Source of the DNA: Candidatus Aenigmatarchaeota archaeon
GTDB taxonomy: Archaea > Aenigmatarchaeota > Aenigmatarchaeia > CG10238-14 > SpSt-28
Assembly: GCA_018920305.1 (NCBI GenBank)
Contig: JAHLMO010000003.1
Span: 1 to 62,116 of the forward strand
Length of the DNA: 62,116 nucleotides
Direction: 5' to 3'
Part shown: positions 57,083 through 62,116 of the stretch, one piece after another
How the letters are laid out: every line of letters begins with the position of its first letter
How positions within the stretch are numbered: the first letter of the stretch is position 1
The notes under the pieces: model-generated
What the model saw: the letters and a program-made list of their open reading frames with translations, nothing else
What the model was told of the DNA's origin: nothing
Database searches by the model: none
Made by a program: the position numbers and the translations under genes

Positions 57083-58012
57083 TTAAGTTTTGAATTTTTT
57101 AATAAAATCTAAAACTTCTAATTCTTTTGCTTCAACTATACTTCCAAAATTAGAAACGTTAATTGCTGCATATGCAGCTGCAAATTTTAAAGATTCGACT
57201 ATATTTCTTGTTTTAAAATAATAATGAATAAAACCTGCAGTGAAACTATCACCTGCACCTATCGTGCTAACGACTTTTACTTTATACGCTTTTTGATAAA
57301 TTTTATTATTATAATCAAAATAAATTGAACCTTTTTTTCCTAATGTAATTATTACTCTTCTAAAATGTTTTAGTAATTTTTTAGCAGCTTTGTCAATATT
57401 TCTTTTTTTAGTTAGTTCTTTGGCTTCTTCTTCATTTAAAATAATTATCTCGCCATCATTAAATATCTCTAATAAATTTCTTTCTCTCCTTATTATTGAA
57501 ATGCTTGGGTTAAAAACGAAAAATTTATTATATTTTTTTGATAATTTAAAAATTTTCTTATAAATTTTTTTAGAATTTTTTCCACAACTAGTTGCGATTA
57601 TTATATCATTTTTCTTTATCATTTCCTCATCTATATCACTTTCTTCTAAATTTTCAGAAGCTCCTTTGCTAGATAGAACAATTTTTTCTCCATTTTTCAG
57701 CAAAATTACTGAAAAGCCTGTAGATTCCTTATCGATTTTAATTAGAGGATTTACCTTATATTTTCTCAAAGTTTCTAATATATAGTTTCCATAGATATCT
57801 TTTCCAATTCTAGAAATTAAACTAACTTCGTTATTCAAATTAGCTAGATCACAAGCAATATTTAAAGCAGATCCTCCTACAGAAAATTCTATTAAATCTA
57901 AATTATATTTTGACCCCAAGTTTAATATTAAATTATTTTTCTTAGTTATGATTTTATCTTCAAATCTACAAACTATATCTATTAAAGAACTTCCAACAAC
58001 TAATGCTCTCAT
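57083..58012 (-). CDS. PfkB-family carbohydrate/nucleoside kinase (ribokinase-like)
   Basis: MRALVVGSSLIDIV, GGSALNIA, and the C-terminal anion hole/ATP motif STIGAGDSFTAGF. Confidence 0.8.
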   Translation of the reverse strand: MRALVVGSSLIDIVCRFEDKIITKKNNLILNLGSKYNLDLIEFSVGGSALNIACDLANLNNEVSLISRIGKDIYGNYILETLRKYKVNPLIKIDKESTGFSVILLKNGEKIVLSSKGASENLEESDIDEEMIKKNDIIIATSCGKNSKKIYKKIFKLSKKYNKFFVFNPSISIIRRERNLLEIFNDGEIIILNEEEAKELTKKRNIDKAAKKLLKHFRRVIITLGKKGSIYFDYNNKIYQKAYKVKVVSTIGAGDSFTAGFIHYYFKTRNIVESLKFAAAYAAINVSNFGSIVEAKELEVLDFIKKFKT

Positions 58013-58656
58013 AAAATTTTGTCTATTTGGTTAAGAAATTCTAATTTATTTTTAGTTTTTGCAAAAGCACTAGCAATTAATACACCCTTAACTCCTAATT
58101 CTTTAGCAATTTTTACGTCAATAGCTTCAGAAATTCCAGCACCACATATAGGAATATTTCTAACAATCTTAGCAAATTTTTTTAAACTTTCTGCTTTATA
58201 TTTTGAAATTGCTTTTCCACTACCTATTAATTCTGGTACTTCGTATGCTATACTATTTGGATTTAATTTATCTATTTTTTTAGCTTCTTTTAAGTTTTTT
58301 GCACAAACCATTGTTTCTAAATTAACTTTTTTACAGTACTCGATAAATTGTTTGATAGTTTTTAAATCTATTCTATTCTCATAATGATTTAACAGAACAC
58401 CATCAATACCTATTTCTTTTATATAATCTAAAGGAACACAACCTGTAAAGGAACCATAAGTTTCGCAATATCTATTTAAAGATACGTAAATTTTTAAATT
58501 TTTTCTTTTGATCATAGAAACTAAAGATATATCTGCTGGATTTATTATAGCAATTACACTTATATTTTTAAATCTTTTATCAATTTTTCTAATAACTTTT
58601 ACAGAGTTATATCCAATCAATTCTCTAAAAGCTTTGAAATTTAGCGCAACTATCAT
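58009..58656 (-). CDS. tpiA: triosephosphate isomerase, archaeal short type
   Basis: MIVALNFKAF (N-F-K), GVLLNHYENR (NHSE variant with Tyr), AYEVPELIGSG (catalytic Glu), CGAGIS. The track extends the ORF to 58746, but MNMIVALNFK (ATG at 58662 or 58656) matches the usual N-terminus. Confidence 0.75.
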   Translation of the reverse strand: MIVALNFKAFRELIGYNSVKVIRKIDKRFKNISVIAIINPADISLVSMIKRKNLKIYVSLNRYCETYGSFTGCVPLDYIKEIGIDGVLLNHYENRIDLKTIKQFIEYCKKVNLETMVCAKNLKEAKKIDKLNPNSIAYEVPELIGSGKAISKYKAESLKKFAKIVRNIPICGAGISEAIDVKIAKELGVKGVLIASAFAKTKNKLEFLNQIDKIL

Positions 58657-58666
58657 ATTCATAATT

Positions 58667-59494
58667 ATGTTAAAAGAAAAATTAAAGGATAAAATTCCTA
58701 AAGAAATTTTAGATAAAATACCTAGAAGTTTTGATATAATCGGCAATAAAGAAAAAGCTGTTGCTATTATAGATTGGAATGAAATATATGATAGATATAA
58801 AAACGAAATAGCAAAAGCTATAATGGAATTGAATAAGAATGTTAAATCTGTATTATTTAAAAAAACACCAAGAAAAGGTAATCTAAGATTATATGAGTTT
58901 GAAATAATTGGAGATAAAAATACTGAAGTAATTCATAAAGAATATGGTTATTTTCTAAAATTAGATCCAACAAAAGTCTATTTTTCTCCAAGAGAATCAA
59001 CTGAAAGACAAAGAATAGCATCAAAAGTTAGAGAAAACGAGAAGATACTATATTTATTTAGTGGTATTGCTCCATTTGCATTTGCAATTTTTAAAAAAAT
59101 AAAAGATGTAAGAATTTATTGTATAGAAATTAATAAATACGCAATAAAATATGCAGAAGAAAATAAAAAGATAAATAAGGTAGAAAATAGATTATTTAAC
59201 ATACTCTGTGATGTAAGATATTTAAATTTAAAAGAAAAATTTGATAGAATTTTGGTAACATTACCGATTTCTACAGAAAACTTTTTAATTAAAGCATTAG
59301 AATTTGCTAAAGAAAATACAGTTATTCACTACTATAATTGGGGTAAAGAAGATAATCTATTTGAAAAAGCACTAAATGATATTGAAGAAGCCACCAAATT
59401 ACTTAATTTTAATTACGAAATCCTCGAAAAAATAAAAGTTTTGCCGTATGCACCAAAAATATATAAAGTAAGGATAGATTTTAGAGTTTTTTAG
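58667..59494 (+). CDS. trm5: tRNA (guanine37-N1)-methyltransferase Trm5 (Met-10+ like)
   Basis: IPRSFDIIGNKEKAVAII...HKEYGYFLKLDPTKVYFSPR...LYLFSGIAPFAF. The ATG at 58667 (MLKEKLKDK) is preferred over the track start 58508, which lies antisense inside tpiA. Confidence 0.75.
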   Translation: MLKEKLKDKIPKEILDKIPRSFDIIGNKEKAVAIIDWNEIYDRYKNEIAKAIMELNKNVKSVLFKKTPRKGNLRLYEFEIIGDKNTEVIHKEYGYFLKLDPTKVYFSPRESTERQRIASKVRENEKILYLFSGIAPFAFAIFKKIKDVRIYCIEINKYAIKYAEENKKINKVENRLFNILCDVRYLNLKEKFDRILVTLPISTENFLIKALEFAKENTVIHYYNWGKEDNLFEKALNDIEEATKLLNFNYEILEKIKVLPYAPKIYKVRIDFRVF

Positions 59495-59497
59495 CCA

Positions 59498-59635
59498 TTA
59501 CTCCTCCTCTTCTTCCTCTTCCCAGTCCTCTTCTTCTTCCCAGTCTTCTTCAAAGTCTTCTTCTTCCCACTCTTCTTCTTCTTCGAAGTCCTCTTCAAAG
59601 TCTTCTTCTTCCTCTTCGAAAAGTAAGTAGTTCAT
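59498..59635 (-). CDS. candidate 45-aa hyper-acidic micro-protein
   Basis: Below the track cutoff. ATG 59635-59633, TAA 59500-59498. MNYLLFEEEEEDFEEDFEEEEEWEEEDFEEDWEEEEDWEEEEEEE. It could alternatively be a non-coding polypyrimidine tract. Confidence 0.35.
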   Translation of the reverse strand: MNYLLFEEEEEDFEEDFEEEEEWEEEDFEEDWEEEEDWEEEEEEE

Positions 59636-59712
59636 ATTACTTACTATTTATTTCTATAAATAAATTATTTAAAGCTTTCGTTTATTATTTAATAAAAACT
59701 ATAAAATAATTA

Positions 59713-59995
59713 GGTGGGGGCCTCCGGCGGGGGGCTGGGCCTCCCCTCTGGCAAAACGCCAGGGCAAACGGTCCATAACGGCCGCCGTAGCTTAGGGAAG
59801 GTAGATTAACTCACTACGATCCAACCGTAGGCTATGAAGTAAGCATATCCGTGGGGCAGATATTATAGCGAACCTGGTGAGGTCCGAAAGGAAGCAGCCA
59901 TAAGCTATAATATCTGCGTTCACGGATATGCTTACTAGCCGAAGGTTGGGTAAATCGTAGTGGGTTAATCTATCGACCCTAAGCGCGCCCCCACC
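59713..59995 (+). ncRNA. SRP_RNA: signal recognition particle RNA (archaeal 7S)
   Basis: 283-nt GC-rich island. The 5' GGTGGGGGC pairs with the 3' GCGCCCCCACC. There are Alu-domain-like hairpins (GGCAAAACGCC, GGTCCATAACGGCC), a long helix 5 (GGTAGATTAACTCACTACGATCCAACC... / ...GGTTGGGTAAATCGTAGTGGGTTAATCTATC), and the conserved helix 8 motif CCTGGTGAGGTCCGAAAGGAAGCAGCCA. Confidence 0.85.
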
Positions 59996-60028
59996 AATTA
60001 TTATATATTCTTCCGCTTATTATCTTAT

Positions 60029-60820
60029 ATGAGAGAAAAGAGGAAGAATAAAAATAACAATAATATTATTTTGTTACTCTCATTTTTAGTAATAATTTTG
60101 AGTATTTTCTCAATATATTATAACCTTCAAATTATTTTCAAAAAAAATAAACTTGAAAATACAAACAATCTACCATCTAAAATTGATTTTGCTTCTCAAT
60201 ATTTTTCTAATTATTCAAAAGTAGAGTTTCCATTATTAGCTGTTGATGAATATGGAAATGGTGTTATAACAAAATTAATTGTTGAGGTTAAAAATGGTAG
60301 TGGGAAAGTTTTAGTAAACATTGAAAATTTATTGTTTTGGATTGATACACAAAACTCAATAAGAATAGCAAAAAATTTGGCTGAAAAAATTACAAAAATT
60401 AACACATCGAATTTAGATATTATTTATACTATAGAAGCTAATGCTTCAATAATTGGTGGCCCATCTGCTGGTTCAGCAATTACTATTGCAACTATAGCTG
60501 CACTAACTCAAAAAGAATTTAAAAAAGATGTTGTAATTACAGGTACTATAGATGAAAATGGAAATATTGGAAGAGTTGGAGCTATAAAAGAAAAATGTTT
60601 AGCAGCAAAAAATCAATATAATGCGAAAATATGTTTAGTTCCAAGGGGTCAATCAATAGAATATGAACTTATTCCAAAAAGAGATTGTACTAGAATTGGG
60701 AACTTTGAATTTTGTAGAATAACTTTTGAAATGAGAGAAATAGATATTTCAAAAGAAATTGGAATGAAAGTTATAGAAGTTCATAACATAGAAGACGCAC
60801 TAAAATACTTCTTTTCTTGA
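60029..60820 (+). CDS. membrane-anchored Lon-like (S16) serine protease domain protein
   Basis: N-terminal TM helix, then the Lon proteolytic domain motifs IIGGPSAGSAITIATIAAL (catalytic Ser) and GRVGAIKEKCLAA (catalytic Lys). Confidence 0.65.
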   Translation: MREKRKNKNNNNIILLLSFLVIILSIFSIYYNLQIIFKKNKLENTNNLPSKIDFASQYFSNYSKVEFPLLAVDEYGNGVITKLIVEVKNGSGKVLVNIENLLFWIDTQNSIRIAKNLAEKITKINTSNLDIIYTIEANASIIGGPSAGSAITIATIAALTQKEFKKDVVITGTIDENGNIGRVGAIKEKCLAAKNQYNAKICLVPRGQSIEYELIPKRDCTRIGNFEFCRITFEMREIDISKEIGMKVIEVHNIEDALKYFFS

Positions 60821-61374
60821 TGTTTATTCAAAACTTTTTAACGATAATCATTGCATCTTTATTTTGCGGAATTTCAATAGCATATATCTTTTCTCTAAAC
60901 TATTTTATTTCATTAATAACATCTTTTTTAGTTTTGTTTTTTCCTTTTATAATATCTTTTCTCTATTCGGAAAAAATTTATATAAAACCGCTCTTTAAAC
61001 TAAATATCTTTGGTATGTTAATTTCTATGGTATTTACAATCTTTAAAATTCCCTTTTTTCCAATACTATCTTTAGAAGAAGTATACTATTATTCAAAAGC
61101 AAGAAAAATTTTTGAAAATAAAATTACCTCAAAAGAAATTGGAAGAGTGTCTTTTATTTTTATATTAACACTTTTTATATTTGCAATTTTAGGAATAATA
61201 ATTAAGAATTTTTTGCTTACATTTTTACCTTCTATATTAATTCTTTCTTTTTTATTTCCTTATAGAAATTCATTTGGTTCTATTTTATTTTTTTATTCGC
61301 CGCTATATCTATCTTTTTTTATAATCTCTTCTATTATTTTTCTGATAATTTCTTTATTATTTTTATTTTTTTAA
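60817..61374 (+). CDS. hypothetical polytopic membrane protein (185 aa)
   Basis: Five to six hydrophobic helices. Its start overlaps the protease stop. No motif recognised. Confidence 0.5.
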   Translation: MMFIQNFLTIIIASLFCGISIAYIFSLNYFISLITSFLVLFFPFIISFLYSEKIYIKPLFKLNIFGMLISMVFTIFKIPFFPILSLEEVYYYSKARKIFENKITSKEIGRVSFIFILTLFIFAILGIIIKNFLLTFLPSILILSFLFPYRNSFGSILFFYSPLYLSFFIISSIIFLIISLLFLFF

Positions 61375-61377
61375 ATT

Positions 61378-61791
61378 ATGGAACCATGGAAATTACACGC
61401 AGTATTGCATTTTATAATCCCAGTGATACTTTTTGTTCTCTCCCTTTTATACATTCAAGAACTATCCCTAATGGAAAGATTCATTGCAATTTTTATAGGA
61501 GCTTTTTTACCTGATATAGATCATCTTATTTATTTAAAATATATTAAGTTTAGGTCATTTAAAGAATTTTTAGTTTTTAACATAAAAAGTGACAGAGAAA
61601 GAAGAGGATTTTTAATATTTCATAATATCTATTTCATTATAATTCTTCTAATATTAGTACCAATAATTATGTTTTTTAATTTATTCTTATCTCTTCTTCT
61701 CTTAGCATTTTTAATTCATCTTATTTTTGATTTCTTCGAAGATAGAATAATTCTTAATACAAGCGTTCACTGGAGAAAAATAAGAAAGTAA
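61378..61791 (+). CDS. membrane-bound metal-dependent hydrolase-like protein (YdjM/DUF457-like)
   Basis: Small four-helix membrane protein with conserved His/Asp positions (LHAVLHF, FLPDIDHL, IHLIFDF) typical of DUF457. Confidence 0.45.
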   Translation: MEPWKLHAVLHFIIPVILFVLSLLYIQELSLMERFIAIFIGAFLPDIDHLIYLKYIKFRSFKEFLVFNIKSDRERRGFLIFHNIYFIIILLILVPIIMFFNLFLSLLLLAFLIHLIFDFFEDRIILNTSVHWRKIRK

Positions 61792-61800
61792 TATCTTTTT

Positions 61801-61871
61801 GGGCCCGTGGTCTAGCGGTAGGATGCTGCCCTCACGCGGCAGAGGGCTGGGTTCAACTCCCAGCGGGCCCA
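61801..61871 (+). tRNA. tRNA-Val (anticodon CAC), no intron
   Basis: GGGCCCG-TG-GTCT-AGCGGTA-GGAT-G-CTGCC-CTCACGC-GGCAG-AGGG-CTGGG-TTCAACT-CCCAG-CGGGCCC-A. Confidence 0.9.
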
Positions 61872-61974
61872 TTTTATAGTAGCCAAATTTTAAGAACTCA
61901 AAAACACTAGACAATTTGACATTAATTTTATAAAGAATAAGAAAAGTAAGAAAACCAAAAGGAATAAAAGTTGT

Positions 61975-62116
61975 TTAAACTTCAATATCTACACTTCTAA
62001 TTCCAACTAACATATTTGGACAAACATCTATACTATAAATTTCTATTTTCTTAATTATTCCTTTTGGTAAATCTGTTAAATAGATTTCTTTTGACTCTCC
62101 AGAGCTAAGATTTTTA
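61975..62116 (-). CDS. C-terminal fragment of a hypothetical protein (gene continues beyond the window)
   Basis: The minus-strand frame is open from the window edge to TAA at 61977-61975: ...KNLSSGESKEIYLTDLPKGIIKKIEIYSIDVCPNMLVGIRSVDIEV. No motif recognised. Confidence 0.35.
   Translation of the reverse strand, partial: KNLSSGESKEIYLTDLPKGIIKKIEIYSIDVCPNMLVGIRSVDIEV

Noticed and set aside
59681-59712. TATA-like TTTATTATTTAATAAAAACTATAAAATAATTA upstream of the SRP RNA, and similar A/T boxes upstream of tRNAs and genes
   Set aside because: The position (about -20 to -32) fits an archaeal TATA/BRE. In DNA this AT-rich, such strings occur everywhere, so I cannot support specific promoter calls from sequence alone.
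61711-61914. 67-aa minus-strand ORF in the track
   Set aside because: It is antisense to tRNA-Val(CAC) (GPLGVEPSPLPREG) and to the end of the DUF457-like gene. It is an artefact.
1-62116. Search for CRISPR arrays, rRNA genes, transposases/integrases, long direct or inverted repeats, and split tRNA halves
   Set aside because: No regularly spaced repeats were seen, and no rRNA-like GC-rich block longer than the 283-nt SRP RNA. No DDE, tyrosine or serine recombinase motifs were found. Every GC-rich island resolves into a complete tRNA, the SRP RNA or the C/D sRNA, so there is no evidence for these feature types.

Overview
This 62.1-kb window comes from a strongly AT-rich, very compact archaeal chromosome. 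The gene content is archaeal: aIF2-gamma, ABCE1, the proteasome/SBDS/exosome superoperon, aCPSF1, FEN1, a Lig1-type ligase, TIP49, RpoP, Dph2 and a 7S SRP RNA. Many adjacent genes overlap by 4 nt (ATGA), and GC-rich islands occur only at RNA genes. By inference this suggests a small-genome DPANN/Nanoarchaeota-like lineage, but I cannot verify taxonomy without a search. I support about 70 protein genes, 8 tRNA genes (5 with an intron at 37/38), one SRP RNA and one stand-alone C/D box sRNA. Several features are missing from the supplied ORF track. These are a PEP synthase gene running off the left edge and interrupted at its catalytic His loop by a 279-codon intein, RNA polymerase subunit P (41 aa), a 57-aa membrane ORF coupled between the DNA ligase and a 585-aa orphan gene, and a 45-aa poly-Glu/aromatic micro-ORF beside the SRP RNA. 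The most interesting loci are listed here. (1) The active-site PpsA intein. (2) A type IV pilus-like operon with a platform protein split TadB/TadC-style and four divergent class-III-signal-peptide proteins. (3) A textbook C/D box sRNA next to a tRNA-Ser whose 55-nt intron has C/D-box architecture. (4) An orphan gene pair in which one member carries nucleotidyltransferase (RNA-ligase-like) motifs. (5) A thymidylate-synthase-like protein with a roughly 250-aa N-terminal extension I cannot assign. No CRISPR array, rRNA, transposase or integrase was seen. All family assignments come from motif recognition by eye, and no database search was run.
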